Source of the DNA: Octopus bimaculoides
Taxonomy: Eukaryota
Direction: 5' to 3'
NCBI RefSeq assembly: GCF_001194135.2
Contig: NC_069001.1
Location: 30,436,891 to 30,500,890, forward strand
DNA length: 64,000 bases
Positions 38,911-51,829 of this stretch are shown here, piece by piece. Under the pieces are notes generated by a model. It made no database searches. It was not told the DNA's origin and worked only from the letters and a program-made list of their open reading frames with translations. The position numbers and the translations under genes are program-made. Position 1 is the first letter of the stretch. Every line of letters starts with the position of its first letter.

Positions 38911-40500
38911 GAATAAATTTACTCTTTAGTATTTCAAGATATTTTTAATGTAAAATAGGTAAATATGGTCAATATATCTGTTTAAATTAGATGTTAAACT
39001 GAACGTGGTCGCAGTCAAATGATTGAAACAAGTAAAAGACAGAAGATTATCACCCACCGTTTGCATAAGTACGTGCGTCCACATGAAGCGAATTATTGCA
39101 CATATGTTCTATTCAACTGCAGCTTTTAAACTTTCGTCTTATTTAGTTTCGTAATATTTCAACTGGAAGTATTTTATCCTCATTGCTTTTGAAGCAGCAA
39201 AAACGAATGACATATTACTTTACTTTCAAACTCTAATTTCTTTCATTGTATTTTCAGTATCTTCAAACAGCATGGTTGCGTTGAGGAAGTCTGGAGAAAA
39301 TGTAAACTCCGTGCGAGATGAGATTGGAAGAAAAATGAAACATCCTTTGAGATGATGATTCAGAATAAATGTCTAGCAGCTAACTTCTTCAGTCACTGGA
39401 GATTTTCTTAGAAAGTTGGATCAATGAAAACCAACAAAATGATTATGCGGTCAGTCAAATTAAAACACCTTCTGAAGCAAAATCTCATGAAAGCAAATCA
39501 AAGTAAAGATTTTAAAACAACTACAAACCAGAACTCTTGCTTTATGAAAGGAGAAAAGTTTTACTAGTGAATCGGAACAAAAGAATTGCACAATGAATTC
39601 TCGTAGTGTTTGATAAAACATTTATATAAATTTTGAATGTGATATTGTTAGATCGAGGAAGCAATACGTCTAGTCATAATGTGAGATTGGTACTATCGAC
39701 TAAAAATATTGATTATTCTTTTTTTTTTGTATTTGTTTAATTAGAAATCGGTCCACAGCAATGACAAAATGTATTATAAAAATACAAGCCATGAATAGTC
39801 AGAACTCCCTAGGGTGTTACTATAACTCGGAAATTGAGACAAGCTATTTTTAGTCGAAACATTATCACAAATAAACTGTATACATTCGATTCTTTTTCGT
39901 TGGTATTCATGAGAAAATAATGGTTGGTGGAATTAGAGTAAATTTATAGATTGAAGCATGCGAAATAGACTAACATATTGTTAAATAAAGGTACAAATCT
40001 ATTACTTGGAATATGATTCCACCAGAACACTGTCAACAAGTGTCTAGAACGATAATATAAAACTATAGTAAATGTATATATTATTAATTTAATTTAAATA
40101 ATTACTGAGGGATTGACGTGTATACATCACGTGCTCGATATTAAGTCTGAAAATAATCCCCTTTTCTGAAAATGAAATATTCGCTGCAAATTCAGAAATT
40201 AATAGTGCATGGGGAAAATAGATTCAAGACTGATGATAACGTGTCTGGCGCACCAAATGATTCAATGTGCGTTGTCGTTACAAAGATACATCTATATAAT
40301 CATGAAATATTGTGGGATCTGAAATGTAATAATTAGGGGAGGAAAGCATACAGTTTTGTGCTGTGGACACATGACGGAGGGTCACCGAAGGTAGCAAAGA
40401 GCAACTGTGAATTCTCAATAATTCAACTTAGCATGTCCCTTATTTTACTTCAGATGATGAACACTACTAGTTTACAGTTAATGTGTTACTTATTTTTTTA

Positions 40501-40541
<41 letters not shown>

Positions 40542-40547
<6 letters not shown>

Positions 40548-40950
40548 TTAGGGTTCAGCAACAATTGCTTCACCACACACCGAAAATTAGAAATAGCAGT
40601 CAAAACTACTGTTTCACTACCAAAATATATCTCCCAGAGAGCAGTACTCGCAACTTAACACAGGCTACAAAGAAACAATAACGAATCCACACAGCTTTGA
40701 TTCGTTATTTTTTTCTTTTTTGCCTGTGTTAAGTTGCGAGTACTGCTGTCTGGGAGATATATTTTGGTAGTGAAATAGTAGTTTTGACTGCTATTTCTAA
40801 CTTTTGGTGTGTGGCGAAGCAATTCTTGCCGAACCCTAATTTTAAATATGGTCATATAAGTTTACCGATAATGGGTTTTTAAGACACCGAACTACTTGGT
40901 AAAATTACTAATTATTAATTAATTATTAATTTTTACCCTATATCTGTAAG
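40542..40950. mobile_element. Fold-back PLE-type element: about 146-bp inverted arms with an 11-nt spacer
   Basis: 40542-40687 is a near-perfect reverse complement of 40699-40845. The forward copy continues to about 40950 and is homologous to 6724-6990. Confidence 0.8.
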
Positions 40951-41815
40951 AATATATATATATATATATATATATATATTCTTATTATTAATGAAATATA
41001 CCGTTTAATCGTGAATAAAAATGTCAAAAATAGCAACGAGGTAAACATTCTAAATAAGAATATCGGATCTAAGTATGTATTTATTTATTTCTCAGTAAAA
41101 AAAAAATATATATATTTCATGTGACCTTTACCTCGAGAGATTTATGAAAACATTTAATAACATATCAATGTAAGCATATTAGATAAAATGTTTATATATT
41201 TGTCTTTAAATTACCATTAATTCTCTAGTGAATGGTACAATTTTTCTTTTTCTGCTGCTTAATATTACAATACGATTGCCAAATATGATACATTACGTTA
41301 AATATTAAATGGAAGTTAATTAACTAAACGCTATGATAAATATATAATTAAATGATTATTATTTTCTGTCACACCAATTAGACTTGAATATTTGCATTGT
41401 GGCGAATTCCTATTATGAACTTAGGTAGATAACAACCTTAAGACAATCACTGACAGGTCGCTTGGTGAATGTCATTCATGCCAGTGATTAAAGTTCATAG
41501 GTCAGATAAAAGAATCAGCGCATGCTTATGTAATATATTACACTATTTCACTTAAATGAATTTCGATGGAAAAGCGTGAAGCAAATTGCGTCAGTTACGG
41601 TAAGTAATTCGCAGCAAGTTTTAGGAGCTATGCTCCGCTTGGAAACCATTTAACGCTAAACATTTGAAATTTCGTCCAAGCCAATAGCTCCCTTGCTTTT
41701 GAAGAGGTACTTTTAAACACACACACATGCACGCGCGTGCATACACACTCACACGTACGTACATACTTATATGTAGCTATACATATATATGTATATATAG
41801 ATTCATAATATACGA

Positions 41816-41873
<58 letters not shown>

Positions 41874-42217
41874 ATGCATATGCATGTATGTATTGAGTGA
41901 TCGATACGCAATGTATTTTCTGCACATAATTCTCGGACTCCTGGTAAAGCGACATGTGTGCGTATATCACTATCAGCCTGTGGTTGATCAAAGCGTAGTA
42001 TTATTATACAAGGAATTGTGCATCCCTACAAATACAGTCACAAGTGTAAGTACGCACCAAAACTGTATCTTACAGTTTACAAACTCACATACATACACGT
42101 AGATAGACATATGACCGATGATATTCTTCTATACATAGCAATATACATGCCATCAAAAATCGTAGCATTAAAATAATAATAACCTGAAACTAATTCGATA
42201 GCAATATAGCACAGCGT

Positions 42218-42452
42218 AAGGGCGGCCAGCTGACAAAACCGTTAACACGCCGGGCGAAATTCTTAACAGTATTTCGTCTACCGTTACGTTCTGAGTTCAA
42301 ATTCCGCCGAGGTTGACTTAGCCTTTTAAATTTTCGGGGTCGATTAAATAAGTACCAATAACGCACTGGGGTTGATGTAATAGACTTAATCCCTTTGTCA
42401 ATCCTTGTTTGCCCCCCTCCATGTTTAGCCCCTGTGGGCAATAAAGAAATAA
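42218..42452 (+). mobile_element. SINE family A, full length
   Basis: AAGGGCGGCCAGCTGACAAAACCGTTAACACGCCGGGCGAAAT...GTTCTGAGTTCAAATTCCGCCGAGG...CCCCTGTGGGCAATAAAGAAAT. Confidence 0.9.
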
Positions 42453-42517
42453 ATGTAGCACCTCCATTGCAACAATGGAGCATTCATTTGTTATAATAGA
42501 AAAACGTTTTCAGCTTA

Positions 42518-43016
42518 CTCTTTATATTAGTCGGACTGCTGTCCTCATCTTGATTGTTACTTTCACTGCATTTTGGTTATTGTACTCTCCGGCCCTCTTT
42601 TGATTGACAGGGTACACTGTTCTCATTTGGCTCTCTACGTTACATGAGATTTTTAGCTTCAGTTGATGTTTGTTTCTTGTTTCTTTTGTTCTGAAAGCAC
42701 ATTAGTGCCTTAGCTGGGATTGAACTTAAAACCTTTCGGTAAGTTCAATTCCAGGCAGGGCACTAAAGTGAACTTACATGATTCAACTGAAGCAAAAACA
42801 TTAAAAAAAAAAAAAGAAAAAGAAAAAAATTTTCACGATACGCAGAGCACGGAAGGAGAACATTATTCCCGAACTTGTGAATCAGACAAAAGGTTCCTGT
42901 TCGAAATTACGATGCAACCGAGTTCAACAGAAGACACCAGAAGAAGGCATACAACAGCAGAAATGTAATGAAAGTAACTATCAGGATGATGACACCAGTC
43001 CGACTAAAATAAGAAT
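42518..43016. mobile_element. Imperfect 500-bp fold-back built from a SINE-like element with B-box and hammerhead relic
   Basis: Outer arms 42518-42575 and about 42960-43016; GCTTCAGTTGA/TCAACTGAAGC; central hairpin TAGTGCC...TTGAACTTA-(11 nt)-TAAGTTCAA...GGCACTA; HHR-like GACAC-CAGAAGA-A-GGC...GCA-GAAATGT at 42933-42966. Confidence 0.65.
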
Positions 43017-43363
43017 TATACATGATATAATTCCCCCTCTTAGCAATATAGAATTGTATTATAAACTTTTATTCAATAATGTTTCGCTGGATATATTCTC
43101 AATATTTAATATAAAAATGCTTCAGTATAAAATATATATTGCAATTCTGAATCACAGAAGTGTATACGTATTCATTTGCAATACACGTATATGTTTCCTG
43201 TTTCATATATTACTTGAAAACATTGTGCAGTGCACCATATGTCATTAGAGATACTTTAGATGTTCCTTCTTTGAATCTGTTTTTGTGAGCTGTGCAGGTA
43301 CAATGCTTAGGCTCATGCTTAAGAGAGTATTCTGTTAGTGATTTTCTATGAAGTATCTGTGTA

Positions 43364-43413
<50 letters not shown>

Positions 43414-43480
43414 TGTATAAGTGTGTGTGTATTATATATATATATATACATACACGCTCACATACACACGAACGCGCGTG

Positions 43481-43697
43481 CGAGGATGTGGTGAAATTTT
43501 CTTGGCTGAAAGGTATTCTGAAAGGCCTGATTGGAGGCTTGCACTTTCGAGACCTTTTAAAGAAAATCTGAAGAAATTCTGACGGATCACTGCAATAAGC
43601 GTGTGAATCTGAGTGCGAAATGGATTGAATAAGATCCTAATTAACTGATTCTCCTGTCTATTCTTTTACCCAAAGGCAGGAATTTTTCAACACCCCG
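43481..43697 (+). mobile_element. Mariner-derived MITE
   Basis: Imperfect TIRs CGAGGATGTGGTGAAATTTTCTTGGCT / AAAGGCAGGAATTTTTCAACACCCCG. Internal LTDHCNKRVNLSAKWIE* resembles the mariner C-terminus. Related to 47832-48025. Confidence 0.75.
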
Positions 43698-44334
43698 TTC
43701 TTATATGCATATAGATACAGATTTAGACGAACAACTTTAATTAAGATATTGTTACGGGAAATAAGAGTGAAAAAACACGTTAAAATTATGAATAATGAAA
43801 TTATTGAGAAAAAGAACCATAACTCTGTCACCAGGGAAACAAAGAAAAGGAAAAAGTTGGTGAGAGAAGCAGCAGAAGATGGGACGGAGAGAGAGTAAAG
43901 GGGTGTATATCTCAGAACAAATGCCATGTTTAGTCGCACCTCACAGGCTTCATTGCAAAGGTGTTGCCTCGGAGGATAGCCAGCGGCACTCGCTGCACCA
44001 GCCACTAGATCTCATGTGGCTCGTTTCTCTGATCGACCGCATTTATCTAGATGTGGCGAAAGAAACTGACAGTGAGGAGTCCGAGAAGACCTCAGGTCTC
44101 GACCGTGACCATCACAGACTTGTAGCAGTCCGTCAGACCCCTATGTATGTTTTTGTTTTTTCTCCTCTGCATAACGGGCGGCGATACTGGGTTGACGGCA
44201 AGGGAATTAATTTTATATATATATATATATCATTTTATATGCAATCGAGATGGCCTTCAAGATACGCCCTTATTAATTTCACCAATGAACTTAGTACTAA
44301 GCTTCAAATGTAAAAGAATGATTTAATGTATTCT

Positions 44335-44402
44335 CTCTCTCTCTCTCTCACACACACACACCTATATATATGTGTGTGTGTGTGTGTGAGTGTGTGTGTG
44401 TG

Positions 44403-44466
<64 letters not shown>

Positions 44467-44571
44467 TATGTGTATGTGAGTGAGTGTGTGTGTGTGTGAG
44501 TATGTGTGTGTGTGAGTATATGTGTGTGTGTGTGTGTGAGTATATATGTGTGCGTGAGTATATGTGCGTGA

Positions 44572-44619
<48 letters not shown>

Positions 44620-44625
44620 ATGTCT
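44335..44625. repeat. (GT)n/(GAGT)n compound microsatellite
   Basis: Direct reading. Confidence 0.9.
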
Positions 44626-45617
44626 GTGAGTATATATATTGATACAATAGCCAACGAAATTTATAACATATTTCATCAACCTCCAATACTCTTCCTTAAT
44701 TTTTGTCATTTTTAGTTATTGTATATTTTATGTACCTTTAATTACTTTCACATGTTTGCTCCCATCACTTATTTTACTATTTTTTTCCTCTACTCATTAA
44801 CATAACAGCATGATATTGATTCCAGGTCTACGCCCTTACATTATCATTATTTCTTCTTAGTTTTTCTTCCATCTTCTTCCACGCCATGATGTCTCGTGTC
44901 TCACGTGATTTAGTTCTAAACGTTGGTTTGGCATCTGTGATCACGTGGTGGGCGCCATTTTGTCACGTGATGCACATAGTGTAGTTTTCATTGCCTTCGG
45001 ATATACCTCGGTCAACCAACTTTCTCCGTTAAGTTAAGTGATGTTCTTTTTTTTTTCCTTATATTCTTGTAGGTTTTCTTTCTCTTTACTTGCTAATCAC
45101 ACTTTCGTCGTATATGTTTTTTTTTTTCCTAATCTACCAATATTATCTCTCCAATTGACGTTTTATGTCTTAATTTTGACAGATATTTATTGCTATTTGA
45201 TGTGTTTTATTATAAAATCTTGACAATTTCCTTTGTATTAAATGTTGCTTAAACGGACAGATTTTTATACTTTTCTTATTTTATGCATTTCTAAATTTAA
45301 GACACGTTCTTTGGAGTCACCTAACCTGAACAGTGTCCTCATATTGAGTGGTATTTATCTTGTTCGATTCATTGTAGATGGACGAGATATTTCCCAGTTA
45401 TGTGGCCATGAAACGCGCGTAGTCTTTCTTCCACTTTTGTTCCTTAAACGTAACCGATTTTAATTCTTAGTCCAATATTTCATAGATTTTCTGTATTATA
45501 AATTCTCCCTTGGATTTTTTAGATTTTTAAACTCGTTTTTGTATGGTACACTTTTCTTGATGGTGTCTGATCTCCTTCATCGTATGAGTTGCACCGCGGT
45601 GGTTTTTCTCTAAATTA

Positions 45618-45658
<41 letters not shown>

Positions 45659-46249
45659 CAGAGTAAGCACATAAATGTGAAAAAGATGGAAAAAAATAGT
45701 ACTCGAATACCAGAGGTTGATTAATATGCTTTATTAAGGAGCAGCAAAAATAGCGTAAAAACTGTTTTTGTAATGTTTTAACTGCGTTTTAGTAAAGTAT
45801 ATATATGAGTATATATACACGTGCGCGCGCACACACACATATATATATATTATGCACAATATTCTACTGGGATCCAATAGGCAATTAGAATAATTGATTA
45901 ACGTTTCCAACATGTTAAATGTGCATATCTTATTAATGCTTATGCGAACCTGCTTTAGTGTATATTTTGTCTAATTATTTGTCTGAAGTTTTTGAGGTTA
46001 TTTTAGTAAATGCATCTTAATACAATTACATATGCTTCTGCAGATATTATTTTTCCCTATCTTTCTGTATTTCTATATTAGTGTATGACAATCCGTTTCT
46101 AGAGAGACATCTCCTGCGATTTAGGTAGAAGTCTTTGAGGAATAGCTAAACACATTATATAATAATTAATCTCGGTGCATTGTATTGCCACGCAATCATA
46201 CGATTCTGAAATACCACTTCGGTAGCGCGGCACATTAAGAGGAAAATGA

Positions 46250-46256
46250 TTATGCG

Positions 46257-46291
<35 letters not shown>

Positions 46292-46658
46292 CATCGTCAT
46301 CATCGATATTAATTATTAGTACTATTATTGTTCATATTACCGTCATAATGTTTCTATTTATTTATTTGCTATTATCATTATTGCTGTTATATCATCATTA
46401 TCATCATCATTATTATTAATGTTGATATTATTATTATCATCATTATTATTATTAGAATTATTATTGTCGTCATCATTAGTTATTTGTATTATTAATGTTC
46501 GTGTTATCGTCAGTTTTTATATTTAATTATTTATTCATTTTCATTATTCTTATCATCATCATCATCATCATTATTATTATTATTGATGTTATTACTATTA
46601 TCATCTTTATTATTATTATTGATGTTATTACTATTATCATCTTTATTATTATTATTGA

Positions 46659-46695
<37 letters not shown>

Positions 46696-46775
46696 TTCAT
46701 CATCATCATTGTAGTTATTATTTTTATTGCAGTTGTATTTGTTGTTTATATTGTTATTATCATTACTGCTTGAAC
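46250..46775. repeat. (ATT)n/(ATC)n trinucleotide microsatellite field
   Basis: Direct reading; explains the poly-I and poly-M ORFs. Confidence 0.9.
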
Positions 46776-47049
46776 AAGCATCGCACGTGAACTAAAAGCA
46801 ATCCTCAATGCTCCATTAGCGTTTAACCATTAAACATCACGAAAACCACTGTGAAATGCGCAGACACGCACGCATACCGAACAAGAGAGGAAAGGGTTAA
46901 AAGTGAGATTCAAATTAATCTACATACGCCAAGGTGCCAAGAATCAACTAGAGGTTGTTAAAATACCGCTTAAACTTATGACACTTCCTTCTCTGTGTAT
47001 TATTTTAGATACTACATAGACGTCAATAAACCTGGCCCTTTTCCAGCTG

Positions 47050-47470
47050 GTTATATCGCTAGCTCATTCACAAAAATGCTTACCTGCATTTCTTCCGTGT
47101 TTAGGGTAAAAGTTCAAATTTCGCCGATGTCGGATTCGCCTTTATCTTTTTTTTTTTTTTTTTTTTTCATTCTTTCGAGATCAAGAAGAGAAATTGTTGA
47201 GCGTTTGGGGTTGATATATTCGACTAGTTCCTTATCCTGAAATTCAACACAGCGTTCCTATATTAGAAATGTAGGAGGTAAAGAGACGGAATCATTAGCA
47301 ACTTAAAGCCGGAAGAAATACCTTCCTGCATTTGTTCCGGCTCTACGTCCACAGTTGAAAATCTGCCTCGGTCGAGTTTACTTTTCTTGTTTCTATAAAA
47401 CATACCGTTGATGTGATGTAATTGATTTCCGCCCGCAACAATCGCAAAATTGTTGGTCCTGTGCTAGAAA
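47050..47470 (+). mobile_element. Two degenerate SINE family A copies
   Basis: AAGTTCAAATTTCGCCGATGTCG and GTTGAAAATCTGCCTCGGTCGAG B-box regions. Confidence 0.5.
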
Positions 47471-47499
47471 ATCGTTAGTCCTGTGCTCGTCTTATATAC

Positions 47500-47544
<45 letters not shown>

Positions 47545-47550
<6 letters not shown>

Positions 47551-47748
47551 TGTGTCTCTGTTTTTCCCCCAACATCGCTTGACAACCGATGGTGGTCTGT
47601 TTACGTCCTCATAACTTAGCGGATCACCAAAAATCACCGATAGAATAAGTACTAGGCTTATAAAGAATAAGTCCTGGGGTAGATTTGCTCGACTAAAGGC
47701 GGTGTTCCAGCACGGCCGCAGTGAGATGACTAAAAGAAGAAAATGAGT
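47545..47748 (+). mobile_element. SINE family B, 3' half
   Basis: CCCCCAACATCGCTTGACAACCGATGG...CCGATAGAATAAGTACTAGGCTTATAAAGAATAAGTCCTGGGG...GACTAAAGGCGGTG. Confidence 0.9.
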
Positions 47749-47831
47749 AAATAGTATAAATTTAACAAGTGAGATAACAGCCACTTTTGTCATTCTTCCT
47801 CCAGAACTTCAAATATGCTCAGTAATATATA

Positions 47832-48025
47832 CTAGGGCGTGCTAAAAAATTTCCTGGCTTTAAGGGTATAACCAAAGCCTTCTTTGGACACCCAACATTT
47901 ACAGGGCTTAGAAAACTGGAAAACCACTGCAATAAGTGTGTTCGTTGAAAGAAATTTCATAATTAATAATACGCTTATACTTTCTTTTTTTTTTCCCCAA
48001 AGCCAGGAACCTTTCAGCACCCTCG
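47832..48025 (+). mobile_element. Mariner-derived MITE
   Basis: TIRs CTAGGGCGTGCTAAAAAATTTCCTGGCTTT / AAAGCCAGGAACCTTTCAGCACCCTCG. Internal TGLRKLENHCNKCVR resembles mariner G..KL..RW.KC. Confidence 0.8.
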
Positions 48026-49390
48026 TGTGTGAGTATATATATATATATATATATATAGTTTTGAGTAAGAAAAATGTCATTCCATTGTATAGACTGCACT
48101 TTGAAGTGTTCAAGCGATTCGAACTTGAGGCGTTACATGAACCTAGAATTTAATCAAATTAGGCAATTGTTTCAGTCATAGAACTAATAAGCATGATTTA
48201 ATACATCGAACATATTAAAAATATATAAACACATTAAAAATATATTTGAATATGTATATATACAGTCCGACTTACAGAATAAAAATTATACCATAGAATT
48301 AGATAGAAAACTAAGAGTCCAGATAAAATATAAAATATAATAGGTTGGAGTACAAAAATTCCGACGGCCGTTTTTCGACTGAACAATGCAATATAGTTCT
48401 CTGTTGAATTCCAATACAACAGCGGCGTATTCATTGTTAAGATTAGTTGTTTTTTTAAAGGCCGCATCAATTCCGTTCTTCATCGGTTGTATAGTCCAAA
48501 ACGTCGATCAAAGGAAGATGTTTACATTTTCATCGGAGTTTTTCAAATGATATGCTTTTACAAAATATATCACTTAAGTGAGATTTTTCTATCTATATAT
48601 ATACTAAAGAAGGTATTGCTTGGAACTTTCAAACCAAGTATTTGAAAGATAACCGATAGAAAATATCAACAACGGAATCTTATATATATGAAGATAAAAC
48701 AAAAATCACACGAAACTAATATGTATAAATCAGTCTGAAGTTAGATGCATATCATTTATTTGCACGTAATATGTTTGCCAAAGCAGAAATCACTCTTTCT
48801 CTGACACACAGACACACACACACACACACACACGTGCCAGCACTATACACACACACACATGCCAGCACTATACACACACACACACGCATTCTCTGTATAT
48901 CTCTCATTATCTCTATTTCTCTGGGGTTTTTTAGCCTCTCTCTCTCTCACTCCCTCCTATAAATGCCTACAAATATACACACATATACATATACACATGT
49001 TAATACTACACATATGTAGTATTAACTGATTATATATTTCCCTCAACATGTGGCCAGCTCCATTGATTTCTGACAATAAGGATAAAACATACCACATTGC
49101 CATTATTTTCTTCTACATATCCATAGGCTTAAGTCGTTGGCCAGAGGCCATATAGAGACAAAGGCTTCAAAGCTTTCTAGTCGATAGTATTTATTCCGTT
49201 TTTTATTCCAGTCTGCAAAGTTTTTATTGATGTATATTATATCATTTTGCTGAAATTGCTTTTTGTACAAAAGATCAGGCTTCAACCACTGTTTGTGAAA
49301 GACTAGTACAGTGACAGATATATAAGCAGAAATTTACTACAAACAACGCATGCACACATTCAAGCATGTAGGCATTATCATATATCTTCT

Positions 49391-49570
49391 AAAGAATTCA
49401 AATGTTCACTGGACTAATTTTTTCAAAAAATCCCGGACCAATCTCCTGCACCCTGATATGTCTCCGACAACAATAACTCCTTGCTAGAGTGGTCTATGGT
49501 GCCCCATGTATTACTAAAAGACTTCACCAGGTGGTGCTATTGAGTTAGACATGGCCCAAACCTATCAAAG
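49391..49570 (+). pseudogene. 3' end of a CR1/L2-group LINE ORF2 plus 3' UTR
   Basis: KEFKCSLD*FFQKIPDQSPAP*YVSDNNNSLLEW fits the FK..LD.FL..IPD.P......NSL terminal motif. Confidence 0.6.
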
Positions 49571-49740
49571 TTATATCTGTCGATATATATATTTTATTAA
49601 TATTTAGCCGAAGCAACAGAGTAAACCAAGGGCCAAGACTTCTATTTTCCTTCTTGCATCGCTCTATACCTATATATTAATAAAAGTATTAATTTAAGTA
49701 TATGCAATATATAGACAATATACAATATATTTTGCTTGTG

Positions 49741-49930
49741 TTAGTCAATAGGCCGCAGGCATGCTAGGACACCGCCTTGAATTATTTTTAATCGGATAAA
49801 TCGATTCCCAGTAGATCTTTTTTCATTCCCGGTATTTATTCTACCGGTACGTAAACACATCAACAAAACCAGTTTTTTTAGCAGTGGTGGGGGACAAACA
49901 CAGACGAAGACACACAGACACACACACACA
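49741..49930 (-). mobile_element. SINE family B, degenerate 3' part
   Basis: CATGCTAGGACACCGCCTT and GGTGGGGGACAAACACAGAC blocks. Confidence 0.6.
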
Positions 49931-50395
49931 CATAGACAAACGGATGCAGGCTCACACGCATAAATACATTCGTAGATTCCTGCAAACGTAGACATTGAGT
50001 AATGACAATATCCATGCATTCAGAGCTATATCATAGATTATGAGAAATACTTAAGGAATATCTATCATAAGCCAGAATCACTGTCAGCCGTTTGTTTGCT
50101 ACTGTTCCTTTCACCCGCGAACCACTATTATATGTTCTCTTTTACTCTCTCTTTTACTTGTTTCAGTCATTTCGCGAAAACAAAGGGCTATGAGTTCGAG
50201 TCGCTTGCTTACAAAACCCCTTCTGTTTTTTCCCGCTGAGTTCTTATATGCCCCAATATTAGACTATTTTCTTATGTCAATACACGGTGATCTCTTACAA
50301 ACTTTAACCTTAAAAAATATTAATGGCAATTTTTTCCACGGTAGTGCTCCAGCATGACCACAACTGCAATGCTGAAACGAATAAAAGTATGTGTA

Positions 50396-50488
<93 letters not shown>

Positions 50489-51269
50489 ATGTATATATAC
50501 ACGCATAGGTAGGTATTTACTCACAAACATGAATTATCACCCAGCACGAACGAAGAGTGCGACTTATCTCTCATCTATTTCTATAATCAAGAAATATAAC
50601 AGAAAAAATCCTGCCAACGGTATGCACAATGTAATCTATAATAATTTGAAGATCCACTGTTGTCACAAAACGACACATGCTTTACTGTAAGCGGCATACA
50701 AACACACATACACACACACGCACACACACACACATATATATATACTCACACATTCTTCCTTGTTACGTCTTGTATGTATAGATAGATACTTATATACATA
50801 GTTGTGCGTATGTATATACGCTGTGTGTGTGCATGTCTGCTTACAAGACGTAATATGTGCACATACATACATACATACGAACATGCATACAACGTACATA
50901 CGTGCATACTACATACATGCCTATGTGCATACATACTACATACACACGTACATTCATACATACATATATGAGTAAAAACATGCGTATGATACGTATATAC
51001 CTAATTAAATACAGATATATACACACACGTATATTTACGCGTGAAAAACTCATTAAACGATAACATGACTGTAGGTCTTCCGTTTTTATCTTTCGAACCA
51101 CATGTACGCATATACATACACACAAATTGCTGGACAAACGTACGTTGACACAAACACGTACTGCTGGAATTAGTCGCCGTTACACACACAGATACGTCAA
51201 TCTCCTTCCCTCACCCCTACTTCCCCTCTCCTTCACCCCGCATCTATGTATGAATATATACGCGTATGC

Positions 51270-51308
<39 letters not shown>

Positions 51309-51495
51309 TGTGTGTGTAATGCATATATATGTATATATATATGTATGTATGTATGTGTGTATGGATATATATGTATGTATGTGTGTATATATGCATATGT
51401 TTGTATATATATGTATATGTGTGTATCTATATATGTGTGTATGTTTATGTATGTGTGTATATGTGTATATATATGCATATATATGTATGTAGGCA

Positions 51496-51533
<38 letters not shown>

Positions 51534-51543
51534 NNNNNNNNNN

Positions 51544-51720
51544 TGAATCTATAGAAAAGTGTGTGTGTGTGAATCTATAGAAAAGTGTGTGTGTGTGTGT
51601 GTGTGTGAATCTATAGAAAAGTGTGTGTGTGTGTGTGTGTGAATCTATAGAAAAGTGTGTGTGAATCTATAGAAAAGTGTGCGTGTGTGCGTGTGTGTGT
51701 GTGAATCTATAGAAATGTGT
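51544..51720. repeat. Minisatellite GAATCTATAGAAAAGT(GT)n, six units
   Basis: Direct reading. Confidence 0.9.
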
Positions 51721-51829
51721 GCGTATGAGTGCGTCTGACTGTCCGTGTGCCTGTGAATGTATCAACCGCACATTAAATAAGATCTAAATCGAATGTCACT
51801 ATTTCTCTTATCCGCTGATTGATCAGCAT

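Noticed and set aside
51544-51720. Repeat-spacer-like pattern (CRISPR-like)
   Set aside because: The spacers are just variable (GT)n and the context is eukaryotic. It is a minisatellite.
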